Source: Escherichia phage vB_EcoM_3A1_SA_NWU. Taken from it: a DNA stretch of 64,000 nt. Both the position numbers and the translations under genes were made by a program. A model generated the notes under the pieces. It was not told the DNA's origin, searched no databases, and saw only the letters and a program-made list of their open reading frames with translations. Shown here one piece after another: positions 34,538 to 44,482 of this stretch (position 1 is its first letter; each line of letters opens with the position of its first letter). The stretch lies in sequence record OR062524, one strand, 5' to 3'.

Positions 34538-35025
34538 TGGAAAGTGAGATCTTACCAGGTGACGATACAGATTGGGAAACCATTATCAAAAAGATGATGG
34601 ACCTTGAACAAGTTCAAATCGAAGCTGGTTTTTTAACAAACAAAAGGCATCCTGAATCAGATCTCACTATTCCTGCAATAGCAGCTATTCAACAATATGG
34701 TAATGAAACAAATAACATACCTGCTCGCCCTTTTATAACAGATGGTGCTGTTATCTCACAGAACGATATCGCTAAAAAGATGAAGCAGGTGTTTGCAAAT
34801 TACTTAATGAATAATGTCGGGTTAGCTGTTTTTGAGCCTATAGCGAGAGCCTCTAGAGAAGGAATAGCTCAAGCGATTGCAATGCAACGTTATCGTCCTT
34901 TATCTCCTGTGACAATTAAGATACGACAAGATAAAGGCAACTATTCTAATCATATCTTAATAGATACGGCACACATGATAAATGCAATCGAAACAAAAAT
35001 CACAAAAAGCAAGTCTAAAAAATAA
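34537..35025 (+). CDS. putative head-tail joining protein
   Basis: 162 aa; TAATG coupling with upstream gene. Confidence 0.4.
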   Translation: MESEILPGDDTDWETIIKKMMDLEQVQIEAGFLTNKRHPESDLTIPAIAAIQQYGNETNNIPARPFITDGAVISQNDIAKKMKQVFANYLMNNVGLAVFEPIARASREGIAQAIAMQRYRPLSPVTIKIRQDKGNYSNHILIDTAHMINAIETKITKSKSKK

Positions 35026-35037
35026 CTTGCATAAACT

Positions 35038-35487
35038 TTGTTTTTGATGTATACTAAAAAGGAGATACAAGTGTTACTAGATCAATTTACTCTCCTTGAT
35101 CTAACTGAATATCAAGGTCGTAGACGAGTCTACAAAGAGGCTGTTGGTTCAGTTATTGCTAACTTAGAAAGTAGTGTAGAATATGAACCATTTACTATTG
35201 AAGCTGCAAGCTTACAACCGATATCTGGTAAAACACTGAATGCACTACCTGAAGGTTACAGATCTAAGGCTCAATATAGTTTCTGGACTAAAACAGAAAT
35301 GAGGGGGTTACAACAAGGAACAGAACAGTTATCAGATCAGATATTGATAGATGGTAAATGGTATTCTGTTTATTCCCTTAAAGATTGGACCAGAACATCT
35401 TTCTTAGTCCATCATCACTGTGTTGCAATATTAGACGATCAAAACAACTCCTGGTCTTATGGAACAGAAGGAGGAAACTTTGGCTAA
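35038..35487 (+). CDS. putative neck/tail completion protein (alternative GTG start at 35071)
   Basis: AAGGAGA RBS before in-frame GTG. Confidence 0.4.
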   Translation: MFLMYTKKEIQVLLDQFTLLDLTEYQGRRRVYKEAVGSVIANLESSVEYEPFTIEAASLQPISGKTLNALPEGYRSKAQYSFWTKTEMRGLQQGTEQLSDQILIDGKWYSVYSLKDWTRTSFLVHHHCVAILDDQNNSWSYGTEGGNFG

Positions 35488-36118
35488 TATTTACCAACAA
35501 ATAGAAGCATACGAAAATGCCATCTACTTAAATATAGGTGGCTTCCTTCAAGAATTAGTGGGGTTGCCAGTCTATGTTATGGATAAGCCATTCATTAAAC
35601 CGGATACTCCTTACCTAGCACTACGTATTATCACTTCCAGCGATTCTGGAGGTTGGTCTTACCGAAGTTCTATTCAAAATGATATGTATTCCTACGAGAT
35701 GGATAATACCTACGAGATTGAACTTGTAGCCTATCGTGGAAGACCTACCACTTTGATGAGCTATGTTCTGGCTGCTCTCCGTGGTGCAGAGGAATTAAAA
35801 TACAAACATCTCTATTCTAAAGGTCTTGGTTTTTTAGGAGCCTCTAATATAGCTCAAGCCAATACAATTGTAGACGGAGATAAGACTGAATTAAGAGCGC
35901 GTATGGTTATGACGTTCAACACTCGTATGAGTATTGAAGATATTGCTACTACACCAATAGAAGCAATCAACATGCACATCCGTTCATTCAGAGATAGTTA
36001 CAATGATCCTATCCCTTTAGATTTAATTCTAAACAGGGTTTATGCAATTACTTTGGTTCCAGGCGAATACTCGTCAGTCAATCAAAATGGATCATTATTT
36101 AACAACCCTACCGAATAA
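35459..36118 (+). CDS. putative neck/tail terminator protein
   Basis: 219 aa; overlaps upstream gene by 29 nt. Confidence 0.4.
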   Translation: MEQKEETLANIYQQIEAYENAIYLNIGGFLQELVGLPVYVMDKPFIKPDTPYLALRIITSSDSGGWSYRSSIQNDMYSYEMDNTYEIELVAYRGRPTTLMSYVLAALRGAEELKYKHLYSKGLGFLGASNIAQANTIVDGDKTELRARMVMTFNTRMSIEDIATTPIEAINMHIRSFRDSYNDPIPLDLILNRVYAITLVPGEYSSVNQNGSLFNNPTE

Positions 36119-36152
36119 ACTCATTGGAATTAAGTTTCTAACAGGAGCATAA

Positions 36153-37526
36153 ATGGCAACTTTTCGTGAAAAGGTAGCAACCGTAACTTTACTGTATGGT
36201 GCTACATCAATTCGTGAAACCCAGTTCGATATTCCCCTGATCCTTACAGGTCAGAACGTAACTGGCGAAGCGATTCAATATTACTCTTCTTCCGATGCAC
36301 TTTTGGAAGCAGGTTATGGATTAAATGATCCAGCGTATATTATGGCAGTCAAACTGTTTAATGGTTTGTTCCCACCAGATCAAGTCATGGTTGGTAAGCG
36401 TGAAGTTACAAACTTTACTCTAACTCCAATCGTAGAAGATAGTGCAACTTACACAATTACCATCAAAAATGGTACCAAGAAAAAAGAATTTAAATTCATT
36501 GCTGATGACACTGCAACTGCACAAGAGATTGTAGTTGGTCTGACTGAAATGATCAATGCAGATCTTGTTTATGGCCCACTGTTTACAGTGGCTAACAACG
36601 GCGCTGCAATGACTTTCACTCCAGTAGAAGGTAAGTTTGGTTCTATTGACAGCACAGGTTTCACTCAAGAAACTGTCTATGCTAATGCTATTACGGAAGA
36701 TATTGCTGCTCTGCATGATATTGATAGTAGCTGGTTCTGGACCCTTTCAGATTCCCATGAAACAGAAGATGTTCTAGCTTTGGCTGCATGGGTAGAAGAG
36801 AATGATAAAGTTTACTTCTTCTCTAGCTCTGAACCTGGAATTAAAACGAAAGCAGAAGACAACGTTCTGGAACGACTGAATGACCTCGGTTATAATAACA
36901 CTTGCTTTGCTTTGTGGATGACAGATGCAGATTCTGTATTCCCAGAAGCAGCAGTTGTTGGTGCAATCTGTTCTCGTCAACCTGGTTTGACTACTCTTCA
37001 CGGTAAAACACTGGTAGGTGTAGAGATCGAGAAACTGGATCAGACTTCGGAAAACAATATTGTTCAACAGAACGGTAACATCTATCGTAAAGAGCATGGA
37101 ACTCTGTTCTATCGTGACGGATTGATGGTTAGCGGTTTCTTTGTTGACTATGTTGTTCATGCTTTGTGGTTTAAAGCTCGCACAGAAGAATCACTGTTTA
37201 CACTGTTTAAACAACAGTCTATGCTGGGTGGTGGTGTTCGTGCTACTTCAAACGGTCTGGCTTTGATTCGACAAGCTGTTCTGGCTAACCCGATCCAAGT
37301 AGGTATCCTCAACGGTTCCATCGCTAATGAAGTTGTTACTTCTGAAGAGACTGGTTTGCGTGTCGATCTGAAACCTATAGTTTATATTCCTTCTCGTGCT
37401 GATATGACCGATGCGCAAATCAATGCTCGTCTGGTTGATGGGATGAAGATTGAATATGTTTACGCTGGCTTCTTCCATTACGTTAAAGTTCAGGTCAACG
37501 TCCTGACTAACCGTACTGCAAACTAA
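36153..37526 (+). CDS. tail sheath protein (putative)
   Basis: 457 aa; position before tube gene; followed by hairpin. Confidence 0.55.
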   Translation: MATFREKVATVTLLYGATSIRETQFDIPLILTGQNVTGEAIQYYSSSDALLEAGYGLNDPAYIMAVKLFNGLFPPDQVMVGKREVTNFTLTPIVEDSATYTITIKNGTKKKEFKFIADDTATAQEIVVGLTEMINADLVYGPLFTVANNGAAMTFTPVEGKFGSIDSTGFTQETVYANAITEDIAALHDIDSSWFWTLSDSHETEDVLALAAWVEENDKVYFFSSSEPGIKTKAEDNVLERLNDLGYNNTCFALWMTDADSVFPEAAVVGAICSRQPGLTTLHGKTLVGVEIEKLDQTSENNIVQQNGNIYRKEHGTLFYRDGLMVSGFFVDYVVHALWFKARTEESLFTLFKQQSMLGGGVRATSNGLALIRQAVLANPIQVGILNGSIANEVVTSEETGLRVDLKPIVYIPSRADMTDAQINARLVDGMKIEYVYAGFFHYVKVQVNVLTNRTAN

Positions 37527-37531
37527 TACGG

Positions 37532-37555
37532 CGGGGGGTTAAGCCCCCGTTATCA
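37532..37555 (+). terminator. GC hairpin (CGGGGG-loop-CCCCCG) with weak U tract after sheath gene
   Basis: cggggggttaagcccccgttatc. Confidence 0.4.
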
Positions 37556-37573
37556 AAATAAAGAGGATCTATA

Positions 37574-38053
37574 ATGGATAAAATGCTTACTGGCGTAATG
37601 GCCTACGACCCATCTCAAGTTATCCTTTCATTAGGTGGTTGGGAACCGTGGGGTTTTGCGGCTGATACTAAAATCGTTATTGCTAAATCTAACGATATTA
37701 TCAACCCTTACTCAGGGACTGATGGGGACGTTTCATTAGCTTTGAGTCGTAACCGTTTGGGAACACTCACAATGTCTTTGCAACGCACATCTCCAGCTAA
37801 CGAAGTACTTGCAACATATGCACAAACAATGTATTCTACTCGTCAAGTAGCATTCAGTGTTTACTTGGAAGACCCACGTGGCTATTACATTAGCACGATT
37901 GGATGGATTCAAAGTCAGCCTGAAGATACTATTGGCGAAATGATTACAGAGAACCAATGGGTTATTGGTCTTAAAGATGCAAGCCTTCTGCGTAATGAAG
38001 TTGGTGTAGGTTTGAGCACCCTTAACTCAATCTCTGCTCTGACAATTCAATAA
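37574..38053 (+). CDS. tail tube protein (putative)
   Basis: 159 aa; between sheath and chaperone; followed by terminator. Confidence 0.55.
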   Translation: MDKMLTGVMAYDPSQVILSLGGWEPWGFAADTKIVIAKSNDIINPYSGTDGDVSLALSRNRLGTLTMSLQRTSPANEVLATYAQTMYSTRQVAFSVYLEDPRGYYISTIGWIQSQPEDTIGEMITENQWVIGLKDASLLRNEVGVGLSTLNSISALTIQ

Positions 38054-38061
38054 TAAATAAA

Positions 38062-38082
38062 GGGCAGAAATGCCCTTTTTAT
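38062..38082 (+). terminator. intrinsic terminator after tube gene
   Basis: gggcagaaatgcccttttt. Confidence 0.65.
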
Positions 38083-38098
38083 CATTAGAGAGGAAAAT

Positions 38099-38581
38099 AT
38101 GTCACAAGAACAAGATAACACAATTCAAAAATATGCTCGACCAGAAGAAGTAGTTGAGATTCCGTTAGATGGAAACAGATCTGTTACTTTCCGTATTATG
38201 AAGTGGAGTCCATCTAAAGTGTTTGACAGGATTCCAGAATTAGGTAGTGTTCTGGTTGTTCCTATGACTATGTATAGCACAGCAACAATGTCCGCAGACG
38301 AAGACCTTGAGTCACGTATTGCTATGGCACTGATCCAACTTTTTGCAGGTTTGGAAGAAAAGAATTTAACTGTCTTTTTGCGTAAAATTTTAGATGAGGT
38401 TTATACTCAAGACGGTTATAACGTTGCAGAAAATTTTGATGAATTATTTATGGCTCACCCAGAACTAGTGTTAGATCTTACGGCTAAAGTTCTGGAGGTA
38501 AACTACGGCCCTTTTTTCAAACGAGGTTTCGGAAAACTGTTCACACAGCTTCAGGCGATGACGAGTTTAGCAGCAAATTAA
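38099..38581 (+). CDS. tail assembly chaperone (short, in-frame product)
   Basis: 160 aa; between tube and tape measure; contains slippery heptamer near 3' end. Confidence 0.55.
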   Translation: MSQEQDNTIQKYARPEEVVEIPLDGNRSVTFRIMKWSPSKVFDRIPELGSVLVVPMTMYSTATMSADEDLESRIAMALIQLFAGLEEKNLTVFLRKILDEVYTQDGYNVAENFDELFMAHPELVLDLTAKVLEVNYGPFFKRGFGKLFTQLQAMTSLAAN

Positions 38582-38847
38582 CACCTGCGATTGAACATGC
38601 TATCGACACAGCAACGAAAACCCTTACTTTGAAGTGGTATGAGGTTATTCTTTGCAAAGTCGTTAAAGATACCTCGGAAACACTGAAAACATTGGATAAC
38701 TACGGTGTAGATTATCTTTTAAAACTATATGAGTATTTAACATACGAAGAGTATGTTGAAGCCATGTATGTTAAAGACACTTCAATAAAGAGAAAACATC
38801 AAAACCAGACAAATAAAATGTCAGATTTGTTTAAGAAACTTGTTTAA
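38099..38847 (+). CDS. tail assembly chaperone, predicted -1 frameshift fusion product
   Basis: Zero frame 38099..38517 joined to -1 frame 38518..38847; the track ORF 38629..38847 would otherwise need a TTG start with no RBS. Confidence 0.5.
38512..38518 (+). other. -1 programmed ribosomal frameshift slippery site T_TTT_TTC
   Basis: Heptamer in correct register with the zero frame; the -1 frame is open from 38518 to 38847. Confidence 0.55.
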
Positions 38848-38867
38848 TCCAACACGAGGAACATACT

Positions 38868-40856
38868 TTGTTAGAAATTAACGCCTCCAAAATTAGTAAC
38901 GTGGTTACGTTTAAGGTGGACAAGAACAGTCTCAAGGAAGCAAAAGATGCCGTGTTGAGTGTTCAGAAGTTTGCAAATAAAATGCAACCCACTATGAACA
39001 TGACCAAGTTTAGACAACAAATGAAAGAGATTGAGCGTGAACTTAAGAAAGCTCAAACTCAAAGTCAAAAACCTATGCGAGCACCTACTCCCGCTGGAGC
39101 GGGTGCTCCTGTAGGAGGATCTGGTAGACCTAGAACTCCTAAAACCCCGCAAGGAAGAGAAGAAGAAAAAGCTCGTAAAGCTGCTGAACGCGAAGCTAAA
39201 GCAGCAGCACGTAGGGAAGATTTAGGTAATCTTCGTTTGCAGAACTTTAACTACAGAGCAAGAGCATTTAGTAAAGCCAGTCCTGGCGCTATGCAAGAAG
39301 CTAGAGATGTTATGGGTAAAGCTGTAGAGCAATACAAAAAGGGTGAAATAACTCTTCAACGTATGAACCAAGCTCTTGCTCACCAGTTGGATGCTTTACG
39401 CAGATCGCATCGTGAAAAGAATGCTGAAATAGAAGACGAGGTTCGCGGTCGTCGCCGTATTCGTAGAGAGTTAGAAGCAGAAGCTAAAATGCGTATACGT
39501 ATGCGAAATCGTGAACTTAGAGATATAGAACGCAACCGTAAGCGTGAATTAGCTCAACAAAAACGTGATCGTGATCGTAGATATGGACAATTAAAAGAAG
39601 GTGCAGCAGGTCTTAATCCACGTATGATTGCATCCTCTTTGATAGGTGCTGGGCTGTTTGCAGGTGGTTCTGTAGTTGGTAACACGTTGATGAATACTAA
39701 CGAAAGAATTAAACTTGTAAGCCGTGGTGCTGAAAACGTTCAGACAAACGCCAACGCTATTTTGGCAATGACAGCTTGGGGTGAACAGAACGGTGTAGAC
39801 TCTGCAAATATTATTAAATCAATAGATAATATTAAAGACGTTCGTGAACGTCTTGGTAATACAGTTTTAGCTGCAAAGTGGAATGAGAAAGAAGGGAAGT
39901 GGAAAGGCGGTGATAATGGCATAACTGACATTATGAACTTGTTTGGATGGAATCCAGAACAGCTTAAACCTTTACAGAACGATCCTTTAGCTTTTATTCA
40001 GGCTACTGTTAATGAAGGTGAGCGTCGAGGTATGAACTCTGCTCAAATCGGGCGACTTCTTGAAAACCTTGGTGATGACCTTATGCACTACCAACGTATG
40101 TTTAGTAAAAACGGCGAAGGGTATAATGAAGTATTGAAAATGCTTCAAAGAACAGGTGCAACATTAACTCAAGAACAAATAGATGCTTCTAAAGAGTTTA
40201 CTCGTTTTGCTGCAACAGTTCAGCTTGTAGGTCAAGGTATGCAGAACCATTTCTTAGAAGGTTTTGTAAAAGCATTACCTAAAGATGATTCTTGGTTGGA
40301 TAACGTTAAAGTGCTAGATCAGTTCGCCAAAGATTTAGGTGAAGAACTCGGTAAGACAACAGTTCAATTAGGAGGTTTTGCTAAAGAATTGGGAGATGGT
40401 TTCGGATCTTTTACCAATTGGCTTAAAGAAACATTCCCAGATACATTCGGAGACAACACAGATCCTAATAAATCTATGGCACAAAAAGCATACGAGGCAA
40501 CGCAAAGTGGAGACAGCAATCCTGTAGCAGATTGGTTGTACAATTTAACAGGTATTGATACACAAGATATTGGTCGTATGTGGAGAGGAGAACAAACAAG
40601 GACACGTGCTTTTGGATTTGGTAATCCTCTTGAAGATTTACGTGAATCAGCCTATACACCTAACGTAAGTTTGGCTCGTAATCAACCTGTTGTTGAGAAT
40701 ACGGTAGCAATACCAAGTGATCTTATCAAAGTTACGATCAGCCCTTCTTCAGAGTTTGGAAATATTCTTGATGCAAGAATTCAAAATAGCGGAAATAGCA
40801 TTTTCCAACGTTTGTCTCTTTCAACTCTAAGTGGACAATCTAACACTGGTGGTTAA
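38868..40856 (+). CDS. tape measure protein (putative), TTG start
   Basis: 662 aa; N-terminal charged coiled coil, Gly-rich hydrophobic segment; position after chaperone. Confidence 0.55.
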   Translation: MLEINASKISNVVTFKVDKNSLKEAKDAVLSVQKFANKMQPTMNMTKFRQQMKEIERELKKAQTQSQKPMRAPTPAGAGAPVGGSGRPRTPKTPQGREEEKARKAAEREAKAAARREDLGNLRLQNFNYRARAFSKASPGAMQEARDVMGKAVEQYKKGEITLQRMNQALAHQLDALRRSHREKNAEIEDEVRGRRRIRRELEAEAKMRIRMRNRELRDIERNRKRELAQQKRDRDRRYGQLKEGAAGLNPRMIASSLIGAGLFAGGSVVGNTLMNTNERIKLVSRGAENVQTNANAILAMTAWGEQNGVDSANIIKSIDNIKDVRERLGNTVLAAKWNEKEGKWKGGDNGITDIMNLFGWNPEQLKPLQNDPLAFIQATVNEGERRGMNSAQIGRLLENLGDDLMHYQRMFSKNGEGYNEVLKMLQRTGATLTQEQIDASKEFTRFAATVQLVGQGMQNHFLEGFVKALPKDDSWLDNVKVLDQFAKDLGEELGKTTVQLGGFAKELGDGFGSFTNWLKETFPDTFGDNTDPNKSMAQKAYEATQSGDSNPVADWLYNLTGIDTQDIGRMWRGEQTRTRAFGFGNPLEDLRESAYTPNVSLARNQPVVENTVAIPSDLIKVTISPSSEFGNILDARIQNSGNSIFQRLSLSTLSGQSNTGG

Positions 40857-40863
40857 TAAAATA

Positions 40864-40886
40864 CCTCGCTTCGGCGGGGTTTTTTC
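40864..40886 (+). terminator. intrinsic terminator (UUCG-loop hairpin plus T6)
   Basis: cctcgcttcggcggggtttttt. Confidence 0.65.
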
Positions 40887-40893
40887 GTTTCCC

Positions 40894-40923
40894 TTGACAC
40901 GAAGTTTCTATATGTGTTACAAT
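40894..40923 (+). promoter_or_regulatory. sigma70-like promoter TTGACA-N18-TACAAT
   Basis: cttgacacgaagtttctatatgtgttacaat. Confidence 0.5.
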
Positions 40924-40982
40924 AATCAATATGGGAAGATCTTGCATCTTCCTTTTGGCATTATCATTACTACGAGGTTATC

Positions 40983-41684
40983 ATGGCAGCAATGACTCCA
41001 CAACAGTCGGTGAGAGCCGTCTATAAGGCAGAACAGGAAATCAACTCTACCGAGAATAAAAATACCTCGGCATCTACTGTAAAGGGTGATAATGGTTTCT
41101 GCATTTTAGCAAGTGTTTATAATAGTTCAAGTGATCAATACATTCAAAACTTTAAAGCAATTACTTTCGATTCGGTCCCTGAAGTAGGTGTAACTCGTGA
41201 GGCAGATGTTACAAGTTTTCCAGTAGAATCAGGATCGGATGTAAGTGACCACGTTCAAATAAAAAACAACAGATTTAAACTTTCAGGTATAATTACCGAA
41301 ACACCAATTCGGCTTATGCGAGATCAATTATACAGTGCAGGTGTAAATGGGGCAAGGATTTCTCAAGCAATAGAATATCTAGATCAAATATTTGAGTCAA
41401 GACAACCAATAGTTCTTTTGACAGAACATAGGACTTTTGAAAATGTTATTCTCAAAGGCTACTCTTATGATTATAAATCTGAATTTGCTATGCAATTTGA
41501 TTTAGAGTTCGAACAAATCCGTCTAGTCTCTAAAGCCACTACTAACGCTATTGCTGTAAAAACAGCACCAAATAAATCGACGGGTGGTGATGTGAAAGGT
41601 CAAGTTGCTTCGAATGGTCCTAAGTCAGATATTACAGTAAGAACTGCTGAAGCTACTAATACCCCAACAAACAACGGAGGTTAA
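40983..41684 (+). CDS. baseplate/tail protein (putative)
   Basis: 233 aa. Confidence 0.4.
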   Translation: MAAMTPQQSVRAVYKAEQEINSTENKNTSASTVKGDNGFCILASVYNSSSDQYIQNFKAITFDSVPEVGVTREADVTSFPVESGSDVSDHVQIKNNRFKLSGIITETPIRLMRDQLYSAGVNGARISQAIEYLDQIFESRQPIVLLTEHRTFENVILKGYSYDYKSEFAMQFDLEFEQIRLVSKATTNAIAVKTAPNKSTGGDVKGQVASNGPKSDITVRTAEATNTPTNNGG

Positions 41685-41686
41685 TA

Positions 41687-42100
41687 GTGACAACTTATTC
41701 TAAAACAACAAGATCTACAAGTAATACAGGCTACAGTGCAGTTTATCTAGAGGACCATTCTACTTATTTTGCATGGTATCTGAAAACTGAAGAGTATCCT
41801 GATCAAACATATACAGTTACATTGGATGGAGTTGATTATGACATTCGTTTAAGGTGGAACACTAGGGACGAGTCTTGGCAATGTCAGATTGGATTATCTG
41901 GAGATGATCCAAGTATAAGTTTCAAAGTTACAAATGGTTTAGATCTTCTTAAACCTTATAAATATCTTGAAAGTGTGCCAGATGGTCAATTGTATATAGT
42001 AGATACAGTTAAGATTAATGGTCGTCCTGGGTATACAACTACAGGTCGAGATAAACGTTTTGTATTGGTTTATATTGATAACAAACCTAATCAGGCGTAA
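41687..42100 (+). CDS. baseplate/tail protein (putative), GTG start
   Basis: 137 aa; GGAGG RBS. Confidence 0.4.
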   Translation: MTTYSKTTRSTSNTGYSAVYLEDHSTYFAWYLKTEEYPDQTYTVTLDGVDYDIRLRWNTRDESWQCQIGLSGDDPSISFKVTNGLDLLKPYKYLESVPDGQLYIVDTVKINGRPGYTTTGRDKRFVLVYIDNKPNQA

Positions 42101-42109
42101 GGAGATAAT

Positions 42110-43120
42110 ATGGCAGAAAGAGAGTATACAAAAGCTCCTGCCCCTAATTTAAACAGGGCATACAAATTATTAATTGGTTCTGCCACAAACACAATACAGA
42201 AGAGAACTAAGAACTCGGCATTTAAATCTACAGTAGATTTGGATACCAAGTTAGGAACAACAGAAAAATCCTCTTCTAATTTGTATTTGTTGCAAGACCA
42301 TCAAATAACCTTCAGTATTAAGAAAGATAATAACAAAGATCCTAACCAAGCAGAGATTGTAGTTTATAACCTTTCGGATGATACTGTTAACTATATAAAC
42401 CGTGGTATCCGAAATAACTTGGCTGTTGCTTTAGCGGTAGGATACGAAGGTGAAGAGTTGGTTATGGTCTTCAAAGGAACTATCCAGTGGGTTAGTGATA
42501 CTTTTGACTCGGTAGACAGGAAAACCACTTTACACTGTTTGGATGGCGGTATTAACATTGCAGAAGCAAGAACAAGCCGCAGTTATCCAAAAGGAACTAA
42601 AATCAAACGTGTTGTGACAGATTTGGTAAAGGATTTAGGAACTACAGAAGGTAATATACACGTAGATAATGATCAAACCTTATCCTCAGCAACAGCTATG
42701 TGTGGAAACACTTCACATTACCTAGAACATATTTGTAAAAGTATTGATCACAATGTGTCAATACAAGATGGATCTGTTTATGTCACTCCTCGTTCACAAA
42801 TGTCTAGTGCACGTAGCGCCTACATTAGCCCTGAAACTGGTCTGATAGGAAGTCCAGAACCATTCCACAACGATATAAAACCTACTAAAAAAGTTACCAA
42901 GTCATCTAAGAAGGCAAAGAAACCTACAGATGGTGTTAAATTCAAATGCCAAATGAATGGTGCAATATTACCAGAAAAAACAATCTGGTTAAAAAGCCGA
43001 GATTATGATGGTCCATTTAAAGTTGTTTCTGTTTCTCACAATGGTGATAAAGAGGGTAAAGAGTGGGTTACTGAAGTGGAGTGTGTATCCGTGTCTGAAA
43101 TAATGACTAAGGAGAAATAA
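42110..43120 (+). CDS. baseplate hub-type protein (putative)
   Basis: 336 aa; precedes spike gene. Confidence 0.4.
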   Translation: MAEREYTKAPAPNLNRAYKLLIGSATNTIQKRTKNSAFKSTVDLDTKLGTTEKSSSNLYLLQDHQITFSIKKDNNKDPNQAEIVVYNLSDDTVNYINRGIRNNLAVALAVGYEGEELVMVFKGTIQWVSDTFDSVDRKTTLHCLDGGINIAEARTSRSYPKGTKIKRVVTDLVKDLGTTEGNIHVDNDQTLSSATAMCGNTSHYLEHICKSIDHNVSIQDGSVYVTPRSQMSSARSAYISPETGLIGSPEPFHNDIKPTKKVTKSSKKAKKPTDGVKFKCQMNGAILPEKTIWLKSRDYDGPFKVVSVSHNGDKEGKEWVTEVECVSVSEIMTKEK

Positions 43121-43854
43121 TGGATGCATTAAATTTTGTCACAGCAATGCGTGGCTTAATGACAGAACAATTAGCAGAAGTCCATACAGCCCTGCCAGTC
43201 CGTGTGACTGGCGTTAATTATGGTGCTAAAACTGTCACTTTAGAATCTATTGTTAAAAACACACGATCTAGTGAAGATGAAATAGATTACCCTACTTTTG
43301 AAGATGTTCCTTTTATGGTTAATGGGGGTGGGACAGGAAGAATCTCATTCCCTATTAAAGCTGGCGATTTAGGAACTGTTATATTTTCTGAAAGAGATCC
43401 TTCTAATGCACTGCAAACTAGTGGAGAAACCTCTTCATCATCCACTTTTATGCAGCCTTGTGGATTATACCCTATTTGTTTTATTCCCAAAATAGCTACA
43501 GGAACAGATTCAACAGAAGCTGTAGATTCTGAAAAGGTAGTTATTTCTAATAACAAAAACACGTACGCTTCTTTCGACCCTACAGGTAATATTTCAATAT
43601 GGAATAGTCAAGGGATGAAAATAGATATTACTACCTCTGGTATTACTATTACAGATGGCACAGGGACTTTGGATCTAAAAGGTGGTAATTTAACTTTCAA
43701 AGGCGGCGTGGCAGATATCAATGGTCTTAAAATAGATCAGAACGGTTTGATGACAGATGGTAATGGCATCGGATTCCATACTCACACGCACACGGTTCGT
43801 AACATTCAGAGCGGTAGCTCAAGTGCCGAGTCCTTAAAACCAACAGGAGCCTAA
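43120..43854 (+). CDS. baseplate central spike protein with His-rich tip (HTHTH)
   Basis: 244 aa; C-terminal GIGFHTHTHTVRNI resembles metal-binding HxH apex motifs. Confidence 0.45.
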   Translation: MDALNFVTAMRGLMTEQLAEVHTALPVRVTGVNYGAKTVTLESIVKNTRSSEDEIDYPTFEDVPFMVNGGGTGRISFPIKAGDLGTVIFSERDPSNALQTSGETSSSSTFMQPCGLYPICFIPKIATGTDSTEAVDSEKVVISNNKNTYASFDPTGNISIWNSQGMKIDITTSGITITDGTGTLDLKGGNLTFKGGVADINGLKIDQNGLMTDGNGIGFHTHTHTVRNIQSGSSSAESLKPTGA

Positions 43855-43855
43855 C

Positions 43856-44482
43856 ATGGGAATCCCTTTTGACTTAAAACTTGGACCAAACAACGACCTC
43901 ATCATGGATGATGGGGATTTGGTCCTCACTACAACCAGAACAGAAATTGCAGCACAAACTCTTGGGATAACTCTGAACACGTATCGTGGGGAGTGGTTTT
44001 TAAATACTAACTTCGGTGTTCCTTACTTACAAGAGATTATTGGTGTTGCTAGAAAGAAAGATATTGTAGACAGAATATTTTTAGCAGAGATTGCCAAAAA
44101 CGTTTACATAGATACAATAAACAGTTATAAATCTGCTTATGACATGGATCAACGTTATTACTCAATGACAGTTATGGTCACAGTTGGAGCAGATACAGTA
44201 ACATCTATATTCAATACTCAACCTTCTGAAGAGTTTATTTACCCTGAAGCTGGTGAAGACAATGCAGCGATCATTTGTGAAGCTTACAGTATTGTTGAGA
44301 ATTCGAATAGACTTTATCGCTTTATCAACTTTGTTGGTTTGCCACGTGATACCTACTCTACTTGGTGGAATGAATGGTCTACAGAGTCAGCAGTGGAAAG
44401 AATCATGGTTAACGAAAAAGGTGATGCATTAGCTACAAACAATAATTTCGGTATAACAGCTATGACAGGAGTAGAAGAGTAA
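43856..44482 (+). CDS. baseplate protein (putative)
   Basis: 208 aa; position. Confidence 0.4.
   Translation: MGIPFDLKLGPNNDLIMDDGDLVLTTTRTEIAAQTLGITLNTYRGEWFLNTNFGVPYLQEIIGVARKKDIVDRIFLAEIAKNVYIDTINSYKSAYDMDQRYYSMTVMVTVGADTVTSIFNTQPSEEFIYPEAGEDNAAIICEAYSIVENSNRLYRFINFVGLPRDTYSTWWNEWSTESAVERIMVNEKGDALATNNNFGITAMTGVEE

Noticed and set aside
38629-38847. Independent 72-aa gene starting at TTG 38629
   Set aside because: No RBS and a TTG start; better explained as the -1 frameshift extension of the tail chaperone.
43780-43800. cacacgcacacg microsatellite-like stretch
   Set aside because: Encodes the HTHTH spike-tip motif; too short to treat as a DNA repeat.
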